This document shows positions 37,562-47,710 of a DNA stretch of 64,000 nucleotides, in pieces. Numbering within the stretch: the stretch's first letter is position 1; each line of letters opens with the position of its first letter. The DNA lies in IMG/VR virus record IMGVR_UViG_3300043425_001539, positions 174,476 through 238,475 of that record; one strand, written 5' to 3'. The translations under genes were made by a program, and so were the position numbers. The notes below the pieces were generated by a model, which was not told where the DNA came from, searched no databases, and saw only the letters and a list, made by a program, of their open reading frames with translations.

Positions 37562-37837
37562 TTAATATTGACACTCAACCTGGTACAAACGTTGTCCGTC
37601 AACCTTGACCAAGCGCCATGGGTTTTGCTTTGTAAACTTGTAAAAGTAGCCAGTTAAATCAGTAATGGAACCTACGTAATAGCCACGGTGCTTGCGCCAG
37701 TCATATTCACTCAAGTCCTTGATTTCTCCGTTAACCAAGAGTACTTCCTTCACAATGTCAGTGTAAGTAAATTCTTGATTGCCAAAGCGCAACATAAGTC
37801 CTTGCATTACCCGGGATTTAACGTTTTTGTTTTTCAT
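37562..37837 (-). CDS. Paralog family B protein (YDWRKHRGYY)
   Basis: Close paralog of ORFs at 41122 and 54176. Confidence 0.75.
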   Translation of the reverse strand: MKNKNVKSRVMQGLMLRFGNQEFTYTDIVKEVLLVNGEIKDLSEYDWRKHRGYYVGSITDLTGYFYKFTKQNPWRLVKVDGQRLYQVECQY

Positions 37838-37915
37838 AATTGTTGTTGTTTTTAATTTATATACAAATATACAACTATTAGTTGACTAAAAAAAATTTTT
37901 GGGCAACTTTTTTTT
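37838..37915 (-). promoter_or_regulatory. Early promoter cassette copy
   Basis: Same consensus. Confidence 0.8.
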
Positions 37916-37922
37916 ATTTTTT

Positions 37923-38192
37923 TTAAAAAAAGTCTATCGGGTCACAGCCAGGAATAAATTGGTCAATGAAAATAGCAAAGTTGTTGTTGTAGCCTTCAGC
38001 AAATGACATGTCACTTTTGGCAACACCCATTTTAACTAGTTTGGCAATTGCCGCTTGGCGCTTCTTGTCGGTGTCAAACATAAAAACCATTTGCTCGATA
38101 GCGTCAATGTAGTCGGTGTCCACGCGTTTTTCTATGCAGTTAAAATGGCTGGCAGGAAGTTGGGCAAGTGTTTTAAAAAGCTTGGTTGTCAT
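37923..38192 (-). CDS. Hypothetical early protein
   Basis: Single gene between two cassettes. Confidence 0.65.
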   Translation of the reverse strand: MTTKLFKTLAQLPASHFNCIEKRVDTDYIDAIEQMVFMFDTDKKRQAAIAKLVKMGVAKSDMSFAEGYNNNFAIFIDQFIPGCDPIDFF

Positions 38193-38322
38193 AATTGTTG
38201 TTGTTTTTTAATTATATACAAATATACATACTTTTTACAAGCTGGCAAAATTTTTTCACAACTTTTTTTCTCCAAAAGTGTTAAAATTTTCTGAGACAAG
38301 AGATAAGAGATAAAAGAGATAA
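38193..38322 (-). promoter_or_regulatory. Early promoter cassette copy with upstream TTATCTC repeats
   Basis: Cassette plus gagacaagagataagagataaaagagataa. Confidence 0.8.
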
Positions 38323-38444
38323 TTAAAAGGGTCCTTCGTTGGTACTCATCGTTATCGGCCGATTCGAGTTTTCCCCATTCTTGTTTTATTAAAGTGTACT
38401 TCCCTACTGGACATTTGAAGTCAACACATTTTAATTTATTATTG

Positions 38445-38516
38445 CGGACTATGTAGGATTTGAACCTACGACCTCTGAATTAAAAGTTCAGGCTCTACCT
38501 GCTGAGCTAATAGTCC
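38445..38516 (-). tRNA. tRNA-Lys(TTT)
   Basis: GGACTAT/ATAGTCC acceptor; CTGAA-CTTTTAA-TTCAG anticodon arm. Confidence 0.85.
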
Positions 38517-38526
38517 TGTTTTATTT

Positions 38527-38775
38527 TTAAGAAAATTCAGCAATGTCAACAAAAATAGAATTGCCAAAACTATTAGGACAAATGGTACAAATAAAAGAGT
38601 CCGTTGAGTTTGACACTTGCAACACTTCACATGCTGAATCGTATGATGTCATATTAAAAATTGAAAAACCAGCTGATTTAAGTTTATTAAAATCCAAACT
38701 TGATGAATCTCCTGCTGTGTTAATAAATTGAGACTCAAACTTCATAATCTTTTCGACTTTTTCTAAATGCTTCAT
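38527..38775 (-). CDS. Hypothetical protein
   Basis: 82-aa ORF. Confidence 0.5.
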   Translation of the reverse strand: MKHLEKVEKIMKFESQFINTAGDSSSLDFNKLKSAGFSIFNMTSYDSACEVLQVSNSTDSFICTICPNSFGNSIFVDIAEFS

Positions 38776-38799
38776 ATTATAAATTATTTAATTTGTGAA

Positions 38800-39075
38800 T
38801 TAGTTTTTTAAATAAATGTTATTAATTAATACGTTCCAAAAAATAATCATTTGTGAAAAAGCAATACATCCATATATGTATGCAACAAAATATTCATTCT
38901 TGTCTATTGCTTTAATTGTTAAAAAAATAAAAGCGCCTGTTAAAAAAAGAGTAAATATTGCTAATGCAATGTTAATACATAAAGATTGTAAAGCTTCGTC
39001 AAGATTAAATGTAACCAAAATGCTGGGTATTAAAATGATAGCTATAATAGACAAGGTCTTAATAATTGCCTTCAT
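38800..39075 (-). CDS. Small membrane protein (3 predicted TM helices)
   Basis: Three hydrophobic segments. Confidence 0.6.
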   Translation of the reverse strand: MKAIIKTLSIIAIILIPSILVTFNLDEALQSLCINIALAIFTLFLTGAFIFLTIKAIDKNEYFVAYIYGCIAFSQMIIFWNVLINNIYLKN

Positions 39076-39109
39076 ATTTTAAATATTTAATTTGTGAATT
39101 AGTTTTTTA

Positions 39110-39196
39110 AATTAATTGATATACAAATATACAACTAATAGTTGACACTGCAAAATTTTTGGGTAACTTTTTTTCTCAAAAAGTGTTAAAATTTTT
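39110..39196 (-). promoter_or_regulatory. Early promoter cassette copy
   Basis: TTTTGCAG..GTTGTATATTTGTATAT. Confidence 0.75.
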
Positions 39197-39216
39197 GGGA
39201 AGATATTGCCGGCCTA

Positions 39217-39474
39217 TTACAAGTAAACGCACCTGTTTACAAGCATAGTTGCTAATTCTTCAGCACTGCCGAAAGCATCCTGTTCATATACCTCAGCTGT
39301 TCCATCCGCGGTTTTAATATTGTAGCAAATGGTTATATTGTTTTGCCCTTCGTCGTTGATGCGGATTCTTGTTATCAACCCTTCATAAATTTTACCTTCA
39401 TTAAGAATGGCGAAAATAAAGTCCCCAACATTTCGTGGAAGCTCAATGGTTCTGGTGCTTTTAACGTTTTCCAT
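39217..39474 (-). CDS. Paralog family C protein
   Basis: LPRNVGDFIF..EGLITRIR..IKTADGTAEVYEQDAFGS; tandem paralog at 39603. Confidence 0.7.
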   Translation of the reverse strand: MENVKSTRTIELPRNVGDFIFAILNEGKIYEGLITRIRINDEGQNNITICYNIKTADGTAEVYEQDAFGSAEELATMLVNRCVYL

Positions 39475-39479
39475 AAATA

Positions 39480-39580
39480 AGTTGTTTAAAAATTATTGAT
39501 ATACAAATATACAACTAATAGTCGAGAGTAACAAACTTTTGGGCAACTTTTTTTGTTAATAAATTGTTAAAATTTCTGAG
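39480..39580 (-). promoter_or_regulatory. Early promoter cassette copy
   Basis: Same consensus. Confidence 0.75.
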
Positions 39581-39602
39581 AAGTTATTGCTGATTGTTTA
39601 CT

Positions 39603-39833
39603 TTAAGTAAACACAAGCGTAGCCGCTAATTCTACAATACTGCCAAAGGCATCCTGTTCATATACCTCAGCTGTTCCATCCGCGGTTTTAATATCATAGC
39701 AAATGGTTATATTGTTTTGGTCTTCATTGTTGACACGGATTCTTGTTATCAAACCCTCGCAAATTTTGCCGTCATTGAGGACGGTGAAAATAAAGTCCCC
39801 AACATTGCGCGGAAGCTTAGTGGTATTTTCCAT
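39603..39833 (-). CDS. Paralog family C protein
   Basis: Near-identical to the ORF at 39217. Confidence 0.7.
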   Translation of the reverse strand: MENTTKLPRNVGDFIFTVLNDGKICEGLITRIRVNNEDQNNITICYDIKTADGTAEVYEQDAFGSIVELAATLVFT

Positions 39834-40057
39834 TTTATTATTCTTTTAAATTAGTTAAGTAAATTGCTTTTGGGTTATATGTTGATTCAATAATTTCTGA
39901 ATTGCAATGTCCAAGTTTGGTGCTCATCACTTGCCGATAATGCATTGCTTCATCAAGGCTTGAAAATATCCTGACCGAATTGTGGTCGATATCAGCGCTA
40001 TCGCTGAAATAGGGTATGTAAATATAAACTTGTTCCACTTATAAAGAGTTTAAGAGT

Positions 40058-40291
40058 TTAAGAGTAATTGTTTTTAATTTTTAGGTAAGCATCAATCTTA
40101 TTTACAAGATTGTGTGCATCCTCTTCAGTAAGAGAACCTATTGCTTTAAGTTGTTTGATAACACAAAGCAAATCATATTCAGATTTTTGCAATGTGATTT
40201 CTTGTGAATTGTCATCAATTGTTACAGTTAAAAGTCCTTTCTCTTGATCTTCATCAACGAGCCTTATTTTACTATTAAAATTTTTCAACAT
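40058..40291 (-). CDS. Hypothetical protein
   Basis: 77-aa ORF. Confidence 0.5.
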   Translation of the reverse strand: MLKNFNSKIRLVDEDQEKGLLTVTIDDNSQEITLQKSEYDLLCVIKQLKAIGSLTEEDAHNLVNKIDAYLKIKNNYS

Positions 40292-40664
40292 AAATAATAT
40301 ATTATTTTGTTTAAGACTAATTAGTTTAACCTCCTATTCTAGATGTGCCTCTAACGGACTTTTATTTTTAGGCAAATAATATTACAATGAATAATCTTTA
40401 GTAATCAATTAATGTATTCTCGATGATTTCCCATTTTTGATATCCATACTTGCGGTTTGTCACCTCCTGATATGCTTCAGCTTCAGCCCGAGTAAAAAAA
40501 CTACAAACGCGGTTGGGGTCAATGTCACCGCCATACATAAACGGAATGTAAGTAAAGATGGTCTTAATCATGGTTAGAGAGATTTAGCGGTTACGAGCAA
40601 GTAGGCCCAATAGAAGGGCGGCACAAAAACCACCCAAGAAACAGAGTATTGCGGTTGTCATAAT

Positions 40665-41102
40665 TTACTTAGTAAGTGAGTTACAAAAATCATACAGGGA
40701 CCGGGATTGGCTGACCTGGTTTTCATAATCATAATATTCCACTTGGTCACGGCTGGCTTTAACTCCATAGTAGCTGTCGTCATTTGCCTTAACTCTCTCA
40801 ATCATTTCTTCAACTGAGCAAATGAGAGTTTCAGCGTCTTCAATGGGTTCAGCATTGGGATTATTGGTTAGCAAAAGAATAGTGGACTCCAACTGATAAT
40901 CAGACAAAAACTTTTGACAGTTGACTTCATTTCTCAACCTAACCACAGTTCCGCTGTGCCTTCCCACAAAGTGGTCACGGTCATTGAGAATGAGTACATA
41001 AACAAAGCCATCCTGAAAAGCGTGAATCTGTTTATCCAATTCAGTTGCTTGTCTTCTTAGGTGGGTTTGCAAATCAAGCATTGCTTTAAGAGTATCGTTC
41101 AT
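40665..41102 (-). CDS. Paralog family D protein (start MNDTLK)
   Basis: DGFVYVL..NE.NC.K..L.TNNPN shared with the ORF at 41433. Confidence 0.65.
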   Translation of the reverse strand: MNDTLKAMLDLQTHLRRQATELDKQIHAFQDGFVYVLILNDRDHFVGRHSGTVVRLRNEVNCQKFLSDYQLESTILLLTNNPNAEPIEDAETLICSVEEMIERVKANDDSYYGVKASRDQVEYYDYENQVSQSRSLYDFCNSLTK

Positions 41103-41121
41103 TATTGAAAGCGGTGAATGG

Positions 41122-41415
41122 TTAAGAAAAAATTGGATTAGGACCTTCAACCCGATACCGGGGTTTGTCATCAACGTAAACCACTACCAGGCGCCATGGG
41201 TTTTGTGGAGTTGACTTGTAAAAGTATCCCCACCATTTGCTGATGGTGCCAGCATAATACCCACGGTGCTTGCGCCAGTCATATTCACTCAAGTCAGTGA
41301 TTTCTCCGTTGACCAAGAGCACTTCTTTGACAATATCAGTATATGAAAATTCCCCGTCACCAAACCTATTTTTAAGGGCGCGCATTACTCGGGATTTAAC
41401 ATTTTTGTTTCTCAT
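41122..41415 (-). CDS. Paralog family B protein
   Basis: NKNVKSRVM..YDWRKHRGYY..QNPWRLV. Confidence 0.75.
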   Translation of the reverse strand: MRNKNVKSRVMRALKNRFGDGEFSYTDIVKEVLLVNGEITDLSEYDWRKHRGYYAGTISKWWGYFYKSTPQNPWRLVVVYVDDKPRYRVEGPNPIFS

Positions 41416-41432
41416 AAACAAGCTGTTTAAGA

Positions 41433-41864
41433 TTAAGCTAAGATAATTTCACTAATTTTTTCCAGGGATGTTGAAGAAGAAGCAGCATAATTTTTGTACC
41501 ATACCGTTCTTACATTGACGTCATCTTCAAAAACGGCAACGTCCTCTTCTTCCATTTTTTGTATGATTTCTTCGGCAGTGCAAAATACCGCATCAATCTT
41601 GCCTATTTTTTGGCAGTTGGGATTGTTGGTCATTAACACTTTTGTATAATCCCATGTATTAACCATGGATTTTTTGCAATTGTATTCATTTTTCGTCACC
41701 ACCCAAAAACTTTCGATTCGGTTGTCTTGGTGGTCCGTTAGCAACAAAACATAAACAAAACCATCTTCATACTCGTTGATCTTCCGATCAATCTCATTAA
41801 TCTTGTTTTGGTGTTTTTCTTTTTCAGCAATCAGTTTCAGAATATCAGTGCTAACGTTTTTCAT
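41433..41864 (-). CDS. Paralog family D protein
   Basis: EDGFVYVLLL..KNEYNC..MTNNPNC. Confidence 0.7.
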   Translation of the reverse strand: MKNVSTDILKLIAEKEKHQNKINEIDRKINEYEDGFVYVLLLTDHQDNRIESFWVVTKNEYNCKKSMVNTWDYTKVLMTNNPNCQKIGKIDAVFCTAEEIIQKMEEEDVAVFEDDVNVRTVWYKNYAASSSTSLEKISEIILA

Positions 41865-41955
41865 AATTGTTGTTTTTTAATTATATACAAATATACAACC
41901 ATTTCGCGAACTAAAAAAATTTTTGGGCAACTTTTTTGTTAATGAAATGTTAACA
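41865..41955 (-). promoter_or_regulatory. Early promoter cassette copy
   Basis: Same consensus. Confidence 0.8.
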
Positions 41956-42274
41956 ACTCTGTGGTTTATTGGCCTTTCAACAAGTCAACATATTTATCAA
42001 GAGTATCCGCAAGCCGCTCAAGTTCAGCTGTTCCAATTTTCCCATCGGCATGCAATTGCTTAAATTGCATAATAAGAGAGTACTTGGCGCCAAACATGGT
42101 CATTTCAGTTGAACGGTCAGCAGGGTTATTGGGAGTAAGCTGAACAACAACCGGCATTCCTTTAGCGCCATGAAACCTGTCAACCTCCTTCATCTGATAA
42201 TCAAAAATTATTTTCTTGAACATAACTAATTTTTTTAATTTGTTGATAAATGTAAAGACCAAGATTATTACCGA

Positions 42275-42685
42275 TTAATACCGGCCCAACACATCCTCAA
42301 TTTCTAAGCCATGTTTATCACACAGTTTTTCAATTGCTGCAATGCGGCGGGCAATTTTAGCCTCAACTTCAACAATCTGTTTTTCGTGGTTTTCTAATGC
42401 CGTCAAGAACGTCATATAATTCATAGCCACTTGGTCCATTGTAGGGAATGGCAAAGTAAGAATTAACAGGGTTTCAGTTTGGTTGGGATTCATAATTTCA
42501 AAAGTAACAGGTGGCGCATCAACTCCCATTGTCTCGCAAGCATCAATATGAAATGTGATGGTCGCTTTACAGCGAGTTTCAAGCAAGAAGGTGACATTAA
42601 AATCCCGCGTAATGATGTAGGGAAATTTTTCGCGAGACAATCCTTCAACGATAATACGTTCAGCTAAAGCGAGATCAAAGTTCAT
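42275..42685 (-). CDS. Distant paralog family A protein (start MNFDLA)
   Basis: C-terminal FL..E..I..LC..HG motif. Confidence 0.55.
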   Translation of the reverse strand: MNFDLALAERIIVEGLSREKFPYIITRDFNVTFLLETRCKATITFHIDACETMGVDAPPVTFEIMNPNQTETLLILTLPFPTMDQVAMNYMTFLTALENHEKQIVEVEAKIARRIAAIEKLCDKHGLEIEDVLGRY

Positions 42686-42699
42686 AATGAATTTTGTTT

Positions 42700-42795
42700 T
42701 TGTTGTTTTTAATTTATATACAAATATACAACCATTTCGCGAACTAAAAAAATTTTTGGGCAACTTTTTTTCTCAAAAAAGTGTTAAAATTTTCT
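42700..42795 (-). promoter_or_regulatory. Early promoter cassette copy
   Basis: Same consensus. Confidence 0.8.
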
Positions 42796-43155
42796 GGGAT
42801 TTAGATACCTTAAATGGGCCCAAAATCTGCGGGTTTTCAGGTAATCAGGATTAGCCTCATTCCGGTATGCCTCCCGCTCAAAACTGATAGAATAATATGG
42901 ATTAGCGCCTGTCAAGGCACGGTATATCCATTCCATAAAATACCATAGATAAAAGCCCACTACCAATAGCTCTATCTGTTGCCTGATATGGATTCTCTCG
43001 TGGTTAATGGTTAATTCAATACCCTTCTGGGTTGTCCTGTTGTACCAACTGTCTCTCAGTATAATAAACGGATAGAGGGTAATACCTATTGAACCTGGAC
43101 TAACCATATCCAATAGTTTAAATAGTTTCTCAGATCTAAGTATTCTAGTTGCCAT
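42784..43155 (-). CDS. HExxH zincin-like membrane-associated protein
   Basis: GITLYPFI..NHERIH..Q..E..SFEREAY. Confidence 0.6.
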   Translation of the reverse strand: MATRILRSEKLFKLLDMVSPGSIGITLYPFIILRDSWYNRTTQKGIELTINHERIHIRQQIELLVVGFYLWYFMEWIYRALTGANPYYSISFEREAYRNEANPDYLKTRRFWAHLRYLNPRKF

Positions 43156-43610
43156 AAGTAAGATATTATTTATATACCATCCGGGAAAATAGTTTGCCCG
43201 CAATGGGAGATCTTGTTGTTAATGAGATGTTAACAGGTAGTTGGGACAAAGGTAATAGGACTCAGACTGAGATAAAACGCAACACACATTTCTGTGCAAA
43301 AAGGTATGCAGGTTTTCATAGACTTTCTAAGAGCTATTTAAAACAAACTTTTCTTGACCCAGAAGGCGGGCATGGTCAAGTCTTCACATAAAGAGACCAA
43401 TTTTATGAGTATCTCTGAGTATCTTATGTTACTCAGAGATCTCAGATTTTGCACACAGGTTTACAGGTTTCATAGTTTTGCCCGCAACCATTTTTTGCAA
43501 TCTCCAGTATATGTCCTGGTCAAAAAAAATTTCCAGGAAAAAAATTTCCAAATTTGTTGAACTTGAGAATGCACCTTGTTATTGAGAATAATATTCTTGA
43601 TAAAAACAAT

Positions 43611-43638
43611 AGGGAATGTCAATTAATTGACATTCCCT
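43611..43638. terminator. Perfect 28-bp palindrome (terminator or protein-binding site)
   Basis: agggaatgtcaattaattgacattccct. Confidence 0.6.
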
Positions 43639-43695
43639 TGGTTGACAGTCGAGACATACTGCAAGTCGCTCAAACGATTAATGTTAACTATTCTA

Positions 43696-43983
43696 TTAAC
43701 TATTAAGTGGCAACATCTCATCATCTGAGTCATTATGAGATTCACTTTGGATAAACTTTTGATCTAATAGATAATTGATTAACAATCCAGTCAACAATAA
43801 GTCAACCACAATAAATTCCAGGGTGTATTTTTTTATCACAGCCCCCAATGCGCTTGCGATATACGCCAACATGGCTCCTGTGACGATCAAGTTAAACACC
43901 AATACAATTAAAAATACAATCAGTGCTCGTTTTGATCCTGTGAGAGTAATGCGATAGTTTTGTTCTGCTTTCATGCTAATCAA
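43696..43983 (-). CDS. Two-TM membrane protein
   Basis: Two hydrophobic helices; adjacent to the glucosaminidase gene. Confidence 0.55.
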   Translation of the reverse strand: MISMKAEQNYRITLTGSKRALIVFLIVLVFNLIVTGAMLAYIASALGAVIKKYTLEFIVVDLLLTGLLINYLLDQKFIQSESHNDSDDEMLPLNS

Positions 43984-44818
43984 ATTTATCTAACTCATAA
44001 TATTCAACCGTTCGAATCAATGCCTTGGCATAAGTGCGACTGGTTGCGTATCCGCATTGCTTTAAACCTTTGGCCCAATCCCGATAGTTTTTGTTGCGAT
44101 ACAATCGGGCGTACCTGGGTTGTTGCAGAAAATGCGAATGGTCGCGGAATGATTGCCATACGGATTTGTATTTTCTAAATCGTTCGCGAGGTGCATCATC
44201 GTCTGCACGAATGAAACCTGCTGGGCCCACTCCTTTGATTCCAAAAGCGTTATTGGCTTTTTTATAGAGTCGACTTTTGCCTGCGTTGGTTTCCACAATT
44301 GCTTGTGCCAATTTAATACTTGCAGGAATGCCAAACTTAGCTTGTTCCTGTTGTGCCACTTGATAGTATTTCAAGATAAACAACTGTTGTTCACTCATTG
44401 CCGATTTGGGAAGTTTAGTTACCCAATCCGGAGTTCGTTTGGATTTGGTGCGTTCTCTCTTTGCCTGTTTTTCTCGCTTCTTTTTAGCGGGAGATTTTTT
44501 TTCTGCGGATTGCTTCTCGTCTAAAATGCTGTGAGCGGAGACGTGTGTCTCCACTCTTACAGGCAATAAACTCATTTCTTCAGCATTTGCCATCAGCGGT
44601 GTTTCGATGGTTTCTCGAGATTCCCGTGGACCAATATCATTGAGTTTGATATTAATCTCTATCGAGGAATTGGGCAACCAAATGACCACCAAGATAAACA
44701 TAGTTGTCAAAAAAATCAGTCTCAACAACAAGAGATTAGGTCCTTTGTTGAGTTCGGTTTGAATCCATTCTTTTGCGCCTTGCAGAGTTAGACCGGGTTT
44801 GTCTGGTAAATTATTCAT
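43976..44818 (-). CDS. Membrane-anchored glucosaminidase (GH73/FlgJ-like) peptidoglycan hydrolase
   Basis: IPASIKLAQAIVET, NNAFGIK, FRKY.S...SF.DH and GYATS..YA motifs; N-terminal TM helix. Confidence 0.85.
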   Translation of the reverse strand: MNNLPDKPGLTLQGAKEWIQTELNKGPNLLLLRLIFLTTMFILVVIWLPNSSIEINIKLNDIGPRESRETIETPLMANAEEMSLLPVRVETHVSAHSILDEKQSAEKKSPAKKKREKQAKRERTKSKRTPDWVTKLPKSAMSEQQLFILKYYQVAQQEQAKFGIPASIKLAQAIVETNAGKSRLYKKANNAFGIKGVGPAGFIRADDDAPRERFRKYKSVWQSFRDHSHFLQQPRYARLYRNKNYRDWAKGLKQCGYATSRTYAKALIRTVEYYELDKFD

Positions 44819-45015
44819 ATAATAAGGATTAAGATAATCAGATTAAAACGTTCTCTATATGTTGACGTGCTGATTGAGCAGATATAGTTTTTCACGCCTT
44901 GAGTCATCGAGAAGTCAAGGGAAATCTATAAGCATAACACGGAGTACAGCTGGTATATGAATTATTAATAGTAGTTATATACTTAAGATATGGAATAGTT
45001 TTGGACAAGATTATT

Positions 45016-45849
45016 CTATTCCTTAATCCTACCTATAACATCACGCATTCGAGTAAAGGTTTCTACACCAATAGGTATTGACAACAGAGAAGCCAAGAAT
45101 TGGTTGATATATGAAAACATTGAGACAGCTTCTCCTTGTGAAATGGTTTGGTTGCCTTGTGTAAGAACAACCAAACCCAGGATTAAAAATAGGTTTTTCG
45201 TTGAGTTGAGAGATGTCCAATTTCTTCCTTGCAATGTTGATCCCAAGATCAAGATTTTTCTGCGACGTTGAAAAAATGTCTGTACGCGTTCGGGTAAATT
45301 TTCTGTAAGGATTTGCGCACGCTTTTCAAACTGTGTGTTTTGCAACCTGGTACTCTGTTCAATCTTTTGATAGAAAAAATAAACAATTGCCACAATTGGA
45401 CCTATACACGATAAGACAATAAATGCGGTAAGTGGGTCACGCCAAAAAATAAACAGGAAAGATCCCAGGACAGCCAAGACCGCAGAAATATAATAGTGGA
45501 TGTGGTTTTCCAAAAAGTCAATTATATCATATGACATGGATGTACGTGCAATTCGAGTTGACGGGTCCAAATCTTTGCCTCTCTCTAAATATTTAAAAAC
45601 AATTTGATTGTAAATATTGGTATAGACTTTGGTGTCAAAAACCATTCTGCGATAGACAAAGAAATTTTCAAACACCGCAATTCCAATAAACAGATACAAC
45701 CAAAAATAGTCATGTGCAATTAAGCCGTCGATCATTTTGCCAATAACATAAGGCTCAGTCAAAAACAGCAGTTGCGCCACAAACATATAAAAATAGATCA
45801 AGAGCAATTCATACTTGTGCTCTTTAAATATTGTGATAATGTATTTCAT
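45016..45849 (-). CDS. ABC-transporter six-TM-domain-like protein (no ATPase domain)
   Basis: Multiple TM helices; P.VIG..IDGL, RRMVFDTKVYT.IY. Confidence 0.65.
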   Translation of the reverse strand: MKYIITIFKEHKYELLLIYFYMFVAQLLFLTEPYVIGKMIDGLIAHDYFWLYLFIGIAVFENFFVYRRMVFDTKVYTNIYNQIVFKYLERGKDLDPSTRIARTSMSYDIIDFLENHIHYYISAVLAVLGSFLFIFWRDPLTAFIVLSCIGPIVAIVYFFYQKIEQSTRLQNTQFEKRAQILTENLPERVQTFFQRRRKILILGSTLQGRNWTSLNSTKNLFLILGLVVLTQGNQTISQGEAVSMFSYINQFLASLLSIPIGVETFTRMRDVIGRIKE

Positions 45850-45851
45850 AA

Positions 45852-46166
45852 TTAGAGAGATGATAACAAATAGTAAGAAAGTTTATAACCCACAAATGCA
45901 CCCAATGCTGATGGAACAGGAAAGACAATTAATTGTCCTAGGTCAGTTACATATTTAGGCCGATTAACAATTTTACCCATAAAGAAATAATAAGTAAGAT
46001 ACCCAAGTAATACTGCAATATCAGTTTGTGTTGCAATAAAGACCACCAAAGTTGCGCCCAAAAAACCAAAAATAAAATTGTCTCTTACGCCTTCCCAAAT
46101 TTCAAGCATGGTGGCGCTTTTCCATTCACGGTAAATTTTTTGTGTTTTGTTTTTTACTTTTTTCAT
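45852..46166 (-). CDS. Membrane protein
   Basis: Hydrophobic segments. Confidence 0.55.
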   Translation of the reverse strand: MKKVKNKTQKIYREWKSATMLEIWEGVRDNFIFGFLGATLVVFIATQTDIAVLLGYLTYYFFMGKIVNRPKYVTDLGQLIVFPVPSALGAFVGYKLSYYLLSSL

Positions 46167-46606
46167 GAGTACTTCTTCATATAAGTAATTGGGTGATCTG
46201 CGCAAACTCCTGATTCAGATACAATTTTTTTGTTTTCGGATTCAACAAATGTTATACAGTCTTTAATAAAGAGATTGTCATTAAACAACAAAACAGTACC
46301 ACCTGACGAAATAGTCAATTCATCGGTTTCATGCCAAAACCAATTGAGATTTAAAGAGTTTAAAAATTTAACCGCATCAACATTCCTTGCTTGAATCAGC
46401 AAATCCGCTTCACGATAAATCAACCAATGCGGATCAATTAAATAAGTGGGTTCTTCATTACCCAAATAAAATTTATTATCAACCACCCAAACGTCGATCT
46501 TGACAAATAAGCCGTGATTAACAATTGCTTCATCAACATATTGAGGTTGGTTTTCAAATTCAGATATTCTTCCGTTGAGATTGCCTCGATTTGATATAAT
46601 ATACAT
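46163..46606 (-). CDS. GDPD-like phage protein, catalytic residues degenerate
   Basis: IISNRGNL..EN.P.Y..IDVW..YLG.E.P. Confidence 0.45.
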   Translation of the reverse strand: MYIISNRGNLNGRISEFENQPQYVDEAIVNHGLFVKIDVWVVDNKFYLGNEEPTYLIDPHWLIYREADLLIQARNVDAVKFLNSLNLNWFWHETDELTISSGGTVLLFNDNLFIKDCITFVESENKKIVSESGVCADHPITYMKKYS

Positions 46607-46611
46607 AAGAA

Positions 46612-47700
46612 TTAATTTGAGAGAGGAAACTGAATTGTGGGATGAGGTTTATAATTTTCCAGAGTAAAATCAGAGATTTGACAACTGTTTAAAAAATCAT
46701 CAATGTTGCCGTTAAAATTAACAGACTCAGAAATTTTTAAGTTGGGCAATTCACGAGATTCTCTGGTCAACTGTTCATTAACGCCTTCAGCCTGGTTTAA
46801 ATAAATATGTGTATCACCCAGATTGCCAATTAATTCTTCAGGAACCATGTTGACAATTTTTCCAATAATTGTTAATAGCAAAGCGTATGAAGCAATATTA
46901 AAAGGAAGTCCTAAAGGTGTATCTACTGAACGCTGATTCCACATTAAAGAGATTGCTCTTCTTGGGACATCAAAACTGTCTAAGTATTTATGATTTTTAT
47001 TATCATAATCAATCACGCCGTTTTTGGTTTCTTTTTTCCTGATGTCAAGTCTTTCTTCCAAACTTAATTCTCTTGTATAAACTTGAAACCCATAATGACA
47101 CGGCGGCAAAACCATACTTTCAATTTCATCAACATGCCAGCTATTAACCATCAACCTTCTGCTATCTGGGTTTGCTCTTAATGAATGAATTAATTGCGCT
47201 ATTTGGTCATACCAAACCGAAAAGCCCTTGCCAGTCTTAGCCTGCAAGTCCCGCCAACCTTGCCATTGCCGCCATTGCTTACCATAAATTGGTCCTAAAT
47301 CTCCAAGTTTATAACCTGTATGATCTGGCATAAAATGTGGCTTTTTATTGTTGCCGTTTTTAATAGCCGAAATAAATTCCTCTCTCGTCATAGGATCTGT
47401 CATGTGAATGAAGCATTCTCGTTCATATCCTTTGTAAGCATCGCCATCCCAAATATGGCAATTATTATCTACCAAATATTTAATATTGGTTTCTCCTTTT
47501 AAGAACCACAAAAGTTCAGCAACCACTAAACGAAATGGAATTTTCTTGGTTGTTAAAACAGGAAAGCCTTCGGACATTTGATGACGGATTTGTTTACCAA
47601 ATACAGATAATGTTCCTGTTCCAGTTCGGTCGTCTTTCTTAATACCCGAATTTAAAATTTCCTGTAAAAGATTTTGATAATCTCTGTCTAGTTTATTCAT
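46612..47700 (-). CDS. thyA: Thymidylate synthase
   Basis: DRTGTGT, ELLWFLKG, LGPIYGKQWR, LPPCH, QRSVD..LG.PFNIASY and HIY.N motifs. Confidence 0.97.
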   Translation of the reverse strand: MNKLDRDYQNLLQEILNSGIKKDDRTGTGTLSVFGKQIRHQMSEGFPVLTTKKIPFRLVVAELLWFLKGETNIKYLVDNNCHIWDGDAYKGYERECFIHMTDPMTREEFISAIKNGNNKKPHFMPDHTGYKLGDLGPIYGKQWRQWQGWRDLQAKTGKGFSVWYDQIAQLIHSLRANPDSRRLMVNSWHVDEIESMVLPPCHYGFQVYTRELSLEERLDIRKKETKNGVIDYDNKNHKYLDSFDVPRRAISLMWNQRSVDTPLGLPFNIASYALLLTIIGKIVNMVPEELIGNLGDTHIYLNQAEGVNEQLTRESRELPNLKISESVNFNGNIDDFLNSCQISDFTLENYKPHPTIQFPLSN

Positions 47701-47710
47701 AATTTATAAA

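Noticed and set aside
46612-47700. Intron or intein in thyA (longer than the E. coli enzyme)
   Set aside because: The ORF is uninterrupted; the extra length is short in-frame insertions with no intein C/S..HN signature.
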